64,000 nt of DNA from Dehalococcoidia bacterium (GTDB lineage: Bacteria > Chloroflexota > Dehalococcoidia > E44-bin15): NCBI GenBank assembly GCA_041649635.1, contig JBAZMV010000001.1, forward strand, positions 426,164 to 490,163. Direction: 5' to 3'. The notes beneath the pieces were generated by a model that had not been told where the DNA came from, did no database searches, and worked only from the letters and a program-made list of their open reading frames with translations. Made by a program: the position numbers and the translations under genes. Below are positions 10,243-19,984 of the stretch, in pieces (the stretch's first letter is position 1; each line of letters starts with the position of its first letter).

Positions 10243-12069
10243 TTAGAACGCGGATTCTGACAACGAGGCCACTTTGCCCTTCATGACGCCGGCGCGCTTG
10301 CGCAGGCGGATGGATTTGGGCGTGACCTCAACCAGCTCGTCATCGTTGATGAACGTGATGCAGTCCTCCAGGCTCATCTCCACCGGAGGCGTGAGCACGA
10401 CGTTCTCGTCGGAGCCGGCGGCGCGCATGTTGGTCATCTTCTTGGCCTTGCCGGGATTGACCACGAGGTCGTTGTCCCTGCTGTTCTCGCCGATTATCTG
10501 CCCGCTGTATACATTGACGCCAGGCCCGATGAAGAAGCGGCCCCTGTCCTGCAGGTGGTAAAGCGCGTAGGCTACCGTGGTGCAGGCCTCCTGCGCCACG
10601 ATGGCGCCGTTCCTGCGGTTCCTCATATCGCCGGCGAATTCCCCGTAATCGGAGAAGATGTAGTTCATCACGCCCATGCCCTTGGTGTCGGTCATGAACT
10701 CCGATTTGAAGCCGAGCAGGCCGCGCGTGGGTATCCTGAACACCAGGCGCGTCATGCCCTCGCCCTGCATCATCTCCAGCATGCGTCCCTTCCTGGCGCC
10801 CAGCTTCTCGATGACGGCGCCCATATACTGTTTATCGACGTCGATTATGAGCTCCTCGTAGGGCTCCAGCAGCTTCCCGCCCTCCATCCTCATAATGACC
10901 TGCGGCCTCGTTACCTGGAACTCGTAGCCCTCCCGGCGCATGCGCTCGATGAGGATGGACAGGTGCAGCTCGCCGCGACCGGAGACCTTGAAGCCGGGGA
11001 CGTCATCAAGCTCCTCGACGACAAGGGCCACATCGCTCAGCGTCTCGCGGAAGAGCCTGTCCTTGAGGTGGCGCGACGTAACGAACCGTCCCTCGCGGCC
11101 GGCGAAGGGCGAACTGTTGGGCACGAAGTTCATGGACAGCGTGGGCGGGTCTATAGCCACGGGCGGCAGCGGGCGCGGGTCCTCCGGGTCGGTGTAGGTC
11201 ACGCCGACCGTGACCTCCTCCATGCCGGCCACGGCCACGATCTCCCCAACGCCGGCCTCCTCGATGGGAACCTTCTGGTTGCCCACGAAGCGGTACAGCT
11301 TGGTGATACGTGTCGGGACCATGGAGCCGTCGCGGCGCGCCACCACGATATCCTTGTTGATATTCAGGCGGCCCCCAGTTATCTTGCCTATGCCCAGCCG
11401 GCCCAGATAGGGCGAGTAGTCGATGGAGCTGACGTGCATCTGAAGCGGCTCGTCCTCCGAGCCACCGGGCGGCGGTATGTGCGCGATTATCTTCTCGTAC
11501 AGGGGCTCCATGGAGCCCCCCTCCACCACCGGCTCATCCGAGGCGTAGCCGTCCCTTGCCGAGGCATAGACGACCGGGAAGTCCAATATCGCGTCCGGGG
11601 CGCCCAGCTTTACGAACAGGTCGAAGACCTGATTTATGCTCCAGTCCGGCCTGGCCGCGGACTTGTCTATCTTGTTTATGACCACGATGACCGGCATGTG
11701 CAGCGCCAGCGCCTTCTTGAGCACGAAGTACGTCTGCGGCATCGGCCCTTCCTGGGCGTCGACCAGCAGCAGCGCGCCGTCGGCCATCTCCAGCACGCGC
11801 TCCACCTGCCCGCCGAAGTCGGCGTGGCCCGGCGTGTCGATGATATTGACCCAGTAGCCTTTATAGGTGAACGATCCGTTCTTGGATGCTATGGTGATGC
11901 CGCGCTCCCGCTCCAGGTCGATGGAGTCCATGAGGCGCTCGGCCACGACCTGGTTCTCGCGGAAGGTGCCGCTCTGCCGGAACAGCTGATCGACCAGCGT
12001 CGTCTTGCCATGATCCACGTGCGCGATAATGGCGATGTTGCGGATATTCTCTTGTTTCAATAGTCCCAT
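10243..12069 (-). CDS. typA: Translational GTPase TypA/BipA
   Basis: [18 protein letters not shown]1 motif and EF-G-like domain order. ATG at 12069 ([15 protein letters not shown]) matches the BipA N-terminus. The ORF track extends to a GTG at 12102. Confidence 0.85.
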   Translation of the reverse strand: MGLLKQENIRNIAIIAHVDHGKTTLVDQLFRQSGTFRENQVVAERLMDSIDLERERGITIASKNGSFTYKGYWVNIIDTPGHADFGGQVERVLEMADGALLLVDAQEGPMPQTYFVLKKALALHMPVIVVINKIDKSAARPDWSINQVFDLFVKLGAPDAILDFPVVYASARDGYASDEPVVEGGSMEPLYEKIIAHIPPPGGSEDEPLQMHVSSIDYSPYLGRLGIGKITGGRLNINKDIVVARRDGSMVPTRITKLYRFVGNQKVPIEEAGVGEIVAVAGMEEVTVGVTYTDPEDPRPLPPVAIDPPTLSMNFVPNSSPFAGREGRFVTSRHLKDRLFRETLSDVALVVEELDDVPGFKVSGRGELHLSILIERMRREGYEFQVTRPQVIMRMEGGKLLEPYEELIIDVDKQYMGAVIEKLGARKGRMLEMMQGEGMTRLVFRIPTRGLLGFKSEFMTDTKGMGVMNYIFSDYGEFAGDMRNRRNGAIVAQEACTTVAYALYHLQDRGRFFIGPGVNVYSGQIIGENSRDNDLVVNPGKAKKMTNMRAAGSDENVVLTPPVEMSLEDCITFINDDELVEVTPKSIRLRKRAGVMKGKVASLSESAF

Positions 12070-12109
12070 ATAAAAACTCGATCCGGCGGAAGATAGGGCC
12101 ACTCCCTTA

Positions 12110-13045
12110 TCCGAGGCGTACGTGCGGCTGTCGGCGGGTGATGCTGTGGCGGTATGCTCCGTTATTAAAAATAGCCCGGCTTCGCCGAGCGTCGGTTCAC
12201 GCTTACATTATACTACCAAATCGATTGTAAGGTAATTGCGGGTTTATGTCAAGAATATGATGGTGTCGGTCGATAGGAAACCGAACCCCCTGTCAGGCCC
12301 CTTTCTCAAAGCTGTCATTGCGAGTCCTTCCACGATAAAATTAGGCGGAAGGACGACGTGGCAATCTCGTAGCTGGTCAACCCCCTGTATCCCCCAATCA
12401 TGGGGGATGAAAAAAAAGATATAGGGGACACCCCTATAACCCCGTCAGGAGACTCTGTCTCCTGTACCTCTCTTAGCTAGCTAACCCCTCTCTCGGAGAG
12501 GTGCCTGGATTCGGATTGTAATATTAATAAACCCGTCTTGTAGGGGCGAGGTCATCTCGCCCTTCAGCCCCACCGTAGGGGCACGGCATGCCGTGCCCGT
12601 TGTGTTCCCCCTCTTTTTAGAAGAGGGGGTTAGGGGGTGTTAATTTAAAATTATTTCCCTCTCCCTGCGCAGGGAGAGGGTCAGGGTGAGGGTCGTACTC
12701 GTCATTCCGGCGAAGGCCGGAATCCGCGTAGGGGCGTATGGCCATACGCCCGTTATTTGGTGGGTTTCTGAACCCACCCTACATACGATCGTTGCGTAAG
12801 GGCTTGATTAATCAAGCCCTTACATCCCGGCCCCTATCGGCGAAAGAGACGACCTCGCCCCTACGCAAATCCCCCTTGCTCCCCCCTTTCATAAAGGGGG
12901 GAGATATATCTCGTTTATATGCTGTTGATGGTGTTCTTCACCTTCAACAATTAGAGGGTGTCCTTCTGCGGAAGGACTCCCGTTATTTGGTGGGTTTGCG
13001 AACCCACCCTACATACTACATACGATCGTTGCGTAGGGGCGAATC
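12110..13045. repeat. Mosaic repeat block (~0.9 kb; F,B,A,C,H,G,E,C,D,I,D,C modules)
   Basis: Contains no coding potential. ORF 12738..13076 in the six-frame track is a translation of D/C/I modules. Confidence 0.85.
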
Positions 13046-13072
13046 TTGTATTCGCCCTTCACGTTCCCCCTC

Positions 13073-13101
13073 TTGACAGAATGGCGGCTATGTGGTACTT
13101 T
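13073..13101 (+). promoter_or_regulatory. Sigma70-like promoter (TTGACA-17-TACTTT) for the first CAP-domain gene
   Basis: -35 TTGACA at 13073-78, 17-nt spacer, -10 TACTTT. The whole leader is duplicated upstream of the paralog at 13864. Confidence 0.4.
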
Positions 13102-13129
13102 ATCCAAATTTCCATTTGAGGGTAGGAAT

Positions 13130-13597
13130 ATGTCTATTATGAACTGGATAAACAAGTGGCGCCTGGCGAAACAGATAAACGATGTCAGGGCAAGCAACGG
13201 CCTGAACTCGCTGACGAGGGACAGGTCGCTGGATAACGTAGCCTGGCAGCACGCCATGTATATGGCCAATAACAACAGGCTGGGCTACGACGGCTTCGAG
13301 AATAGGGCCGCTATCATCAGGTGGCAGAGCAAGAGATCCGACAGGAAATGCGTGGGTGAAAACTGCGGCAAGCACACCGGCTCCTCGCTCGATGCAAACG
13401 TCATCCGGGCCACGATGGACGGCTGGATGAAGTCCGACAGCCACAGGAATGCCATTATGAATCCCGTTTATAACAAAACGGGGATAGCCGGCGTCGTCGA
13501 GCAGGGACACGTTTATGTAGTGCAGGTTTTCGCGGGCGAAGGCGTGAAGGCCAGGCGGCTCCCCGCGGTTTCAGCTACCCCCGCCTTCTCCGAGTAA
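13130..13597 (+). CDS. CAP/SCP/PR-1 (YkwD-like) domain protein, no signal peptide
   Basis: GYDGFENRA, VGENCG and DGWMKSDSHRNAIMNP motifs of the CAP superfamily. Start ATG at 13130 behind a gagggtagg SD. Confidence 0.75.
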   Translation: MSIMNWINKWRLAKQINDVRASNGLNSLTRDRSLDNVAWQHAMYMANNNRLGYDGFENRAAIIRWQSKRSDRKCVGENCGKHTGSSLDANVIRATMDGWMKSDSHRNAIMNPVYNKTGIAGVVEQGHVYVVQVFAGEGVKARRLPAVSATPAFSE

Positions 13598-13860
13598 TCA
13601 ACCCCCTGCTATTCCCCTATATGTTGGTTATTGCGTAGGGGCGAACCTATGTGTTCGCCCACAGCGGGCAGGCACAATCCTTCCATATGCCTTAATGTCA
13701 TGGAAGGATGCCCCTACGTTGGATGGGTAACCACAGGGGGTTACCCCTACGCGGTGGGTTTGCTGAATCAAACCCCTACGTTTCGTTATCGGGTTGCGGC
13801 GAATCGTGAGGGGCATCTCAGGGCTCAGGGCGGGGGAATTTTGATTTTGGTCGCTTTTTA
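13598..13860. repeat. Repeat block (B,C,J,D-like modules)
   Basis: gtaggggcgaacctatgtgttcgccc and ccttccatatgccttaatgtcatggaagg hairpins. Confidence 0.7.
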
Positions 13861-13863
13861 GTC

Positions 13864-13892
13864 TTGACTGCCCGGCAACTATGGAGTATATT
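13864..13892 (+). promoter_or_regulatory. Sigma70-like promoter (TTGACT-17-TATATT) for the second CAP-domain gene
   Basis: Well-spaced hexamers. Leader sequence tatggAGtaTAttatccCaatttGcat is near-identical to the leader at 13089. Confidence 0.5.
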
Positions 13893-13940
13893 ATCCCAAT
13901 TTGCATAGACGGAGCGTATGTGATCAAGAGGGACACAGCT

Positions 13941-14351
13941 ATGTTTTTTTTGAAATGGATCAACAAGTGGCGGCTGACGGAGGAGATCAACGACATCAGG
14001 CACAGGAACGGTTTGGAGCCGCTTTCAAGGATGAGGTTCCTTGATAAGATCGCCTGGCAGCATGCCAGGTATATGGCCAGGAACGATAAGCTGGGACATG
14101 ACGGTTTTCACGCCAGGTCCCTGTTGATAAGGGAGCAAAAGAAAACGATACCGAGTAAATACGTGGGTGAAAACTGCGGCAAATGCCCGGGCCGGTCCTT
14201 CAACAAAGAAGTTATCAGGGCTACCACGGACGGATGGATGAAGTCGGCCAGCCACAGGAAAGCGATCCTGAATCCGGAATACAATATGACAGGCGTAGGC
14301 TGTATCACAAATAAGGAATATGTTTATATCGTGCAGATTTTTGTTGGTTGA
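13941..14351 (+). CDS. CAP/SCP/PR-1 domain protein (paralog of 13130..13597)
   Basis: ~50% identical to the upstream paralog over its full length (WINKWRL...VGENCG...DGWMKS.SHR.AI.NP). ATG at 13941 behind an agaggga SD. Confidence 0.75.
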   Translation: MFFLKWINKWRLTEEINDIRHRNGLEPLSRMRFLDKIAWQHARYMARNDKLGHDGFHARSLLIREQKKTIPSKYVGENCGKCPGRSFNKEVIRATTDGWMKSASHRKAILNPEYNMTGVGCITNKEYVYIVQIFVG

Positions 14352-14940
14352 TGAGGCTCATAAGTAGTCAACCCCCTGCAATCCCCCTTGTCAAGGGGGA
14401 AACAATAACCGAACCCCCTATAGTCCCCCATACGTTGGGGGACAGATATTGTCCGGGGGACACCCCCGGTTCCCCCGGCCCCGATATATCGGGGCACCTC
14501 TTTCTTAAGGGCTGTCACTGAAATGATATAGGGGACACCCCTATAACCCCGTCAGATGGAGCGCTCTCTGTACTCCCCAGCTGTCATTGCGAGGAGTCCT
14601 TCTGTACACCCTAATTATGGAAGGACGACGTGGCAATCTCGTAGCTGTTCAACCCCCTGTTATCCCCCATACGTCGGTCATTATGCAGAGACGCAAAATA
14701 TTGCGTCTCTACGGGGGCGCCCCGCCGTTCGGTCGTCGCGTAGTGGCGAATCTTGTGTTCGCCTTTTACGTCCCTTTGTAGGGGCACGGCATGCCGTGCC
14801 CGTCGTGTTCCCCCTCTTTTTAGAAGAGGGGGTAAGGGGGAGTTAAATACCCTCTCTATTGACTTTGATATCCATAATCGCTAATCTAATCGCATTACAG
14901 AAGCCCGTTCAAATATCCATCAGGGGCAATCTTACTGAGG
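14352..14940. repeat. Mosaic repeat block (B,B',A,F,B,C,C',H)
   Basis: Modules as defined in the summary. Confidence 0.85.
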
Positions 14941-14950
14941 GGGTGCAGAC

Positions 14951-15553
14951 ATGTTTATCGCATCGGGTGTGCTGGGACTTATCATTCCACTGTTCGTCAT
15001 CGGCGTCATCCTCTATCTTGTTCTGAAGCGCCGCAACGACAGGGAGGGCGTTTCAGCTTATAAGGGCCTCCTCATGGTCTATTTCTACACTCTTATAGGA
15101 GCCAGCATCATTATCGCCGCTATAGGCGCGGGGTATCTCCTATCAGCCGCTTTCAGCTCGGCCTACAGCGACAGGTCGATCGTAAATGACCTCACAGCGG
15201 GCATCACGATGTTCTGTACCGGCACCATCATCTGCGTGCTGCATGTAGTAGGCAAGAAGGCCGTGGAGGCCAGAGAGGGAAAGACCACGCCGCTGCTGAG
15301 GCGGGTATATCTGTTCATCATGCTCGGCATCTTCAGCATGGGAGGCATCGTGTCTCTGCCGCTGGCGATATATGAAACCGCCCGCTACTATGTGAAAGAT
15401 GAAACTTCCTGGGGCGATCCGTCCGGAGCCATCGCGGCGGCGGTCGTTATCGTGCCGCTGTGGATATACTACCTGATGAGGGTCATGCGCGAGGCGCGCG
15501 CCGCGAGGAACGAAGAGGCGTCGTCGGATGATACGACCGGAGGAGTGACATAG
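14951..15553 (+). CDS. Hypothetical integral membrane protein (4 predicted TM helices)
   Basis: ATG behind a ctgagggggtg SD. Hydrophobic segments alternate with charged loops. No recognisable catalytic motif. Confidence 0.6.
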   Translation: MFIASGVLGLIIPLFVIGVILYLVLKRRNDREGVSAYKGLLMVYFYTLIGASIIIAAIGAGYLLSAAFSSAYSDRSIVNDLTAGITMFCTGTIICVLHVVGKKAVEAREGKTTPLLRRVYLFIMLGIFSMGGIVSLPLAIYETARYYVKDETSWGDPSGAIAAAVVIVPLWIYYLMRVMREARAARNEEASSDDTTGGVT

Positions 15554-16200
15554 TCAACCCCCTGCTATCCCTTTCTCAAAGCTGTCATTGCCACGTCCTT
15601 CCCCTTATGAATATGAGGAAGGACGTGGCAATCTCCTAGCTAGTCAACCCCCTGCTATCCCCCAATCTTGGGGGATGTAAAAAAGAGTTAGGGGACACCC
15701 CTATAACCCCGTCAGGAGAGGAATCTCCTGAATCTCTCTTCTCTTGGACTGTCATTCTGAGTCCTTGCGGAGAATGACGAAGAATCTCGGCTACGTGGTG
15801 GGTTTGCGAACCCACCCTACATGCGATCGTCGCGTAGGGGCGAATAATCATTCGCCCGTTCCGTTCGTAGGGGCATGGCGTGCCGTGCCCGTCGGATTCC
15901 CCCTCTTTTGAGAAGAGGGGGTAAGGGGGTGTTCAAAATTAATTTTCTTCCCTCTCCCTCCGCAGGGAGAGGGTCAGGGTGAGGGTATGCGCGACGCAGA
16001 TGGGATGTCGTTGGTCGATAATATACCGAACCCCCTATAGCCCCCCATACGTTTCCTTCCATAATAGGTGCTATTTAGAAGAATTCCGGATTGGAAGGGA
16101 ATATTTGAAGGTTAGGGGGACACCCCCGGTTCCCCCGGCAGAGGGAAGACCCTCTGCACACCCTCATTAACGCGCATAGACCCTCATATCATTATGCCCC
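15554..16200. repeat. Mosaic repeat block (B-half,F,B,A,F',D,C,C',H,G,B')
   Basis: Includes a 21-bp perfect direct repeat tagtcaaccccctgctatccc flanking an F module (15551-15571 and 15640-15660). Confidence 0.85.
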
Positions 16201-16260
16201 TGCTATGGGATTAGTACTAACGTAAGGGTAATAGATACATTAAAAAACTATATAAAAAGG

Positions 16261-16289
16261 TTGACAAATACACGCAGGAGTGCTATAAA
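16261..16289 (+). promoter_or_regulatory. Sigma70 promoter TTGACA-17-TATAAA
   Basis: -35 at 16261-66, -10 TATAAA at 16284-89. It sits ~200 nt upstream of the CDS, implying a long leader. Confidence 0.55.
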
Positions 16290-16337
16290 TGACTAATCCT
16301 ATCTTCGTACTATGCAAAGCTGAATATGGGATGCCTG

Positions 16338-16425
16338 GCCGATAAAGGTAAACCCCGGGCGATCGGGGGGCGCAAAGCTACAGGTCTCGAGGTTGAGAGA
16401 GACGGCTGAGCTGCCGAAACAGAGT
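16338..16425 (+). ncRNA. Candidate c-di-GMP-I (GEMM) riboswitch in the 5' leader
   Basis: GGTAAACC + P1 hairpin CCCCGG-GCGA-TCGGGG (GNRA loop) + GGCGCAAAGC, then a second hairpin gcuacagGUCUC..GAGACggcugagc. This matches the GGCAAACC...GNRA...GGACGCAAAGC hallmark of GEMM-I. Confidence 0.45.
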
Positions 16426-16490
16426 CGCGAAGGCCCTTAAACATCGAGAAGGCCCTGTGATTTCTGAAGGATCTTATTCAGGGGGTGTTC

Positions 16491-17270
16491 ATGAGCGCAC
16501 AGAGAAGACATTTTCACACAAGAGTCATCTCGGCTATAGTGATTCTTATTGCCATCACGCTCGTGATGATACCCGGCATAGAGGATGAAGGCGTGGTCTA
16601 CGGTTACGGCGGCGGAGGCGGTGGCGGCGGAGGCGGAGCCCCCACCAATCAGAACTGGGGCGTGTGCATCGACGGGAACTGCGACAGAGGCAACGTCAAT
16701 TTCTGGGGCACCACCCTCGATAATTTCTGGGCCGTATCTAATGACATATCGATATACATACCCAAATACACGGACATGAAGGGCCCAGAAAACTCACGCC
16801 TCACCGGGTTCAACGCATATGAAATAGACGATCCCCCCTCTCCCCCCTCGGGCTACCAGGTGCTCGCCGCCTTCGACTTCAACCCGGACGGCGCGACCTT
16901 CGACCCGGGCATCACGATAAACATCAAGTTCGACGAGGGCGACATCCCGGCGGGAAAGACCCCGGTCATCGCATATTACAACGAGACCAAAGGCGAGTGG
17001 GAGTTCATAGAGGGCACGATACAGGACGGGCAGGCGGTCTTCACCATCACCCACTGCTCCATCTACGGCCTGCTGGTTCAGGCGGCCCCGGCCCCCACGT
17101 CCACGCCGTCGGGCGGCACCCCGACCCCGGCCCCCACGGATGACGGAGGCGGACTCGGCATAGGCGCCATCATCGGCATCGTCATCGCGGCGCTGGTGGT
17201 TCTGGCCATCGTAGTCTACATATTCCTGGGCAAGAAATACGGCTGGAAGAAGACGGGCGGGTCGGCGTAG
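16491..17270 (+). CDS. Gly-rich cell-surface protein with N-terminal signal/anchor and C-terminal TM anchor
   Basis: ATG at 16491 behind an aggggg SD. Has a G12 run, a Thr/Pro-rich linker, then GLGIGAIIGIVIAALVVLAIVVYIFLGKKYGWKK, a hydrophobic segment plus basic tail. Confidence 0.65.
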   Translation: MSAQRRHFHTRVISAIVILIAITLVMIPGIEDEGVVYGYGGGGGGGGGGAPTNQNWGVCIDGNCDRGNVNFWGTTLDNFWAVSNDISIYIPKYTDMKGPENSRLTGFNAYEIDDPPSPPSGYQVLAAFDFNPDGATFDPGITINIKFDEGDIPAGKTPVIAYYNETKGEWEFIEGTIQDGQAVFTITHCSIYGLLVQAAPAPTSTPSGGTPTPAPTDDGGGLGIGAIIGIVIAALVVLAIVVYIFLGKKYGWKKTGGSA

Positions 17271-17321
17271 TAGAAATCGTATAAAAGGCTATCTATCGGC
17301 CGGTGTTACCGGGCTTGTATT

Positions 17322-18608
17322 ATGAGGATATCAGTTATCGGCAACGGCTATGTCGGACTGGCGACGGCCGTTGGGCTCGCCGGCGACGGGCACCGGGTGG
17401 TCTGCATAGATAACAACCCCGACAAGGTCCGAATCATCAATCAGGGCGCATCGCCCGTCTACGAAAAAGGCCTCAACGAACTTGTATCCTCGTGCGTCGC
17501 GAACGGGACGCTCCGCGCCTCCGGCGATTACGGCGACGTATCGGACACCGATATCACATTCCTCTGCGTCGGCACGTACTCCCCGTCATGCAACGGCACA
17601 GATTTCACGCAGATAGAGCGGGCCGCGGAAGACGTGGGCAAGGTATTATCGAAGAAGGACGGATACCACGTGGTCGCCGTCAAGAGCACGGTGGCACCCG
17701 GCACCACCGAGCGCGTCATAATCCCCGCCCTGGAGAAGTCCTCGGGCAAAAAGATCGGCGCGGACATCGGCGCGGCGGTCAACCCCGAATTCCTTGAGGA
17801 GGGCCGGGCCGTAGACTGCTTCCTCAACCCGTACCGCGTCATCATAGGGGAATACGACGCGAGGTCCGGCGACACCGTCGAGATTCTGTACCGCGATTTC
17901 AACGCGCCCATCATACGCACCACGCCGGCCGCGGCCGAGATGATAAAGTACGCCAGCAACGCCTTCCTCTCGGCCAAGATATCCTTCATCAACGAGATAG
18001 GCAACATCTGCGGCAGGCTGGGCATAGACGTGTACGACGTGGCCGGCGCCATGGGCCACGACCCGCGCATCGGCAGAAAATTCCTCAACGCGGGGGCGGG
18101 CTTCGGCGGCTCGTGCCTGCCCAAGGACATAGAGGAGCTCATCGACACGGCGGCAAAGGCCGGATACGACGCCGGCATGCTGAAATCGATACTGGAGCTG
18201 AACCGGCAACAGCCGCTGAAGATGGTCGAGGCGGCAGAGGCCGCCGTCGGCGATCTCAAGGGCAAGACCGTGGCCGTGCTGGGACTGTCCTTCAAGCCGG
18301 GCACGGACGACATGCGCGACGCCCCGTCGCTCAGGGTCATCGCCGCCCTGCTGGACAAGGGCGCGTCGGTGCGGGCCTACGACCCAGCGGCCGTCGAGAA
18401 CGCGCGCAAGGTCATCGAGGGGCAGGTCGAATACTGCGGCAGCGCGGCGCAGGCCATCGACAATGCGGACTGCGTGCTCATCGTTACGGAATGGGATGAG
18501 TTCAAGGCGGAATCGCTATATAACGGCAAGGTGGTGATCGACGGCAGGCGCGTGCTGGATCCGCGCCGGGCCAAAGGGCTCTGCGATTACCGCGGCATAT
18601 GCTGGTAG
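17322..18608 (+). CDS. ugd: UDP-glucose 6-dehydrogenase (nucleotide-sugar dehydrogenase family)
   Basis: N-terminal VIGNGYVGL Rossmann motif and catalytic GFGGSCLPKD, 428 aa. Confidence 0.85.
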   Translation: MRISVIGNGYVGLATAVGLAGDGHRVVCIDNNPDKVRIINQGASPVYEKGLNELVSSCVANGTLRASGDYGDVSDTDITFLCVGTYSPSCNGTDFTQIERAAEDVGKVLSKKDGYHVVAVKSTVAPGTTERVIIPALEKSSGKKIGADIGAAVNPEFLEEGRAVDCFLNPYRVIIGEYDARSGDTVEILYRDFNAPIIRTTPAAAEMIKYASNAFLSAKISFINEIGNICGRLGIDVYDVAGAMGHDPRIGRKFLNAGAGFGGSCLPKDIEELIDTAAKAGYDAGMLKSILELNRQQPLKMVEAAEAAVGDLKGKTVAVLGLSFKPGTDDMRDAPSLRVIAALLDKGASVRAYDPAAVENARKVIEGQVEYCGSAAQAIDNADCVLIVTEWDEFKAESLYNGKVVIDGRRVLDPRRAKGLCDYRGICW

Positions 18609-18611
18609 AAA

Positions 18612-19000
18612 ATGTCGCTGGGCGCTAGCTGACCGAACCCCCTGTAATCCCCCATACGTTGGGGGATTTTTTATTAATATAGGGGACACCCCTATAACCC
18701 CGGCAGGAGAGTATCTCCTGCATCTCTGTCCAGAACCGTCATTCCGGCGAAGGCCGGAATCCACGTAGGGGCGAATAATCATTCGCCCATTATTCGGTGG
18801 GTTTGCGAACCCACCCTACGTTCTACGTTCGGTCATCGTGTAGAGACGTCCTTCCGCGGAAGGACGTCTCTACGGGGGCGCCCCGCCGTTCGCCCCTACA
18901 CGCTACCCACTACATGCTATATATGGTAGAATCGTTTCATAATCGTACTTCAACAATTAACGTAGATTTCGGTGGGCACAGCCCAACCTACGCAACTACT
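18612..19000. repeat. Repeat block (B,A,E,C,D modules)
   Basis: The N-terminal extension of ORF 18797 in the six-frame track is a repeat translation. Confidence 0.8.
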
Positions 19001-19024
19001 GCTAGCATGGGGGGGAACCGCATC

Positions 19025-19978
19025 ATGGAAAGCATTCTCGTCACCGGCGGCGCCGGATTCATAGGAAGCCATCTCTGCGAACGCCTGCTGTCTCAGGGCT
19101 GGTTCGTGGTGTGCCTGGACAACTTCGATCCATACTACTCACCCGACGTTAAGAGGAAGAACATCGCCAAATCCCTCAAGAACAAGCGTTTCTACCTGGA
19201 CGAGTGCGATATCAGGGATAAGGAGAGGATGTCCGGACTGTTCTCCTCGCGCAAGTTCGACGCGGTGGTGCACCTGGCGGCGCGGGCCGGCGTCAGGCCG
19301 TCGATACAGGACCCGCACATCTACCAGGACGTCAACATCGGCGGGACGATAAACCTGCTGGAGCTGTGCCGCGAGTACGATGTGAAACGCTTCATCTTCG
19401 GCTCATCGTCATCGGTATACGGGGACAATTCGGACGTGCCGTTCAAGGAGAGCTCCCCGCTGATGAAGCCCGTCTCCCCCTACGCCGCCTCCAAGCAGGC
19501 CTGCGAGCTGTTCTGCTACACCTACCACCACCTCTACGATATCCGCATCGCCTGCCTGCGCTTCTTCACCGTCTACGGCCCGCGACAGAGGCCGGACATG
19601 GCGATTCATAAGTTCACCCGCCTCATAAGCGGCGGCAACCGCGTCGAGCTCTACGGCGACGGCTCATCGAAACGCGACTACACCTACATCGACGACATCA
19701 TCGACGGGGTGCAGGCGGCCGTCGACAAGAACCCGGCTTTCGAGATAATCAACCTGGGCGGCTCGCAAACGACGGAGCTGAGACAGCTTGTATCGCTCAT
19801 CGAGAAGAGCACGGGCAAGAAGGCCCGCACCATCAAGTCGCCGGATCAGCCGGGCGACGTGCCGGTGACGTACGCGGATGTGTCGAAGGCGAAGAAGCTG
19901 CTGGGCTACAAGCCCAGGGTCAAGGTCGAGGACGGCATCCCGCTGTTCGTGAAATGGTATAAGGTGCAGAAGCGGTAA
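19025..19978 (+). CDS. NAD-dependent epimerase/dehydratase (UDP-glucuronate 4-epimerase-like, GalE family)
   Basis: VTGGAGFIGSHL and YAASKQACE (YxxxK) motifs. Adjacent to ugd. ATG at 19025 behind a ggggg SD. Confidence 0.8.
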   Translation: MESILVTGGAGFIGSHLCERLLSQGWFVVCLDNFDPYYSPDVKRKNIAKSLKNKRFYLDECDIRDKERMSGLFSSRKFDAVVHLAARAGVRPSIQDPHIYQDVNIGGTINLLELCREYDVKRFIFGSSSSVYGDNSDVPFKESSPLMKPVSPYAASKQACELFCYTYHHLYDIRIACLRFFTVYGPRQRPDMAIHKFTRLISGGNRVELYGDGSSKRDYTYIDDIIDGVQAAVDKNPAFEIINLGGSQTTELRQLVSLIEKSTGKKARTIKSPDQPGDVPVTYADVSKAKKLLGYKPRVKVEDGIPLFVKWYKVQKR

Positions 19979-19984
19979 AAGGTC

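Noticed and set aside
10555-12063. 502-aa + strand ORF antisense to typA, and similar antisense ORFs in ugd (17528..18358), GT-C (38107..39192), lepA (48072..48875), ispE (42401..43303)
   Set aside because: They are antisense to well-supported conserved genes. Arg/His/Gly-rich composition is typical of GC-rich shadow ORFs.
12738-13076. Six-frame ORFs beginning MGLRTHPT / MAIRPLFGGFLNPPY / containing PPVSPNHGG or IPQSWGMKKKI (e.g. 12738..13076, 18516..18782, 44629..44844, 46232..46570, 39599..39793)
   Set aside because: They are translations of the D/C/E/B/A repeat modules and recur with near-identical peptide sequence at many loci. They have no SD or start context and no coding periodicity.
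17270-17321. Terminator after the Gly-rich surface protein gene (ccggtgttaccgg)
   Set aside because: The stem is only 4 bp with no U-tract, and ugd starts 50 nt downstream, so read-through is more likely.
18797-19024. Long N-terminal extensions of the epimerase (18797), MBL hydrolase (44864), RNase HII (59897) and GNAT (1040) ORFs
   Set aside because: The extensions run through repeat modules. Conserved protein N-termini and SDs support the downstream ATGs (19025, 45113, 60101, 1115).
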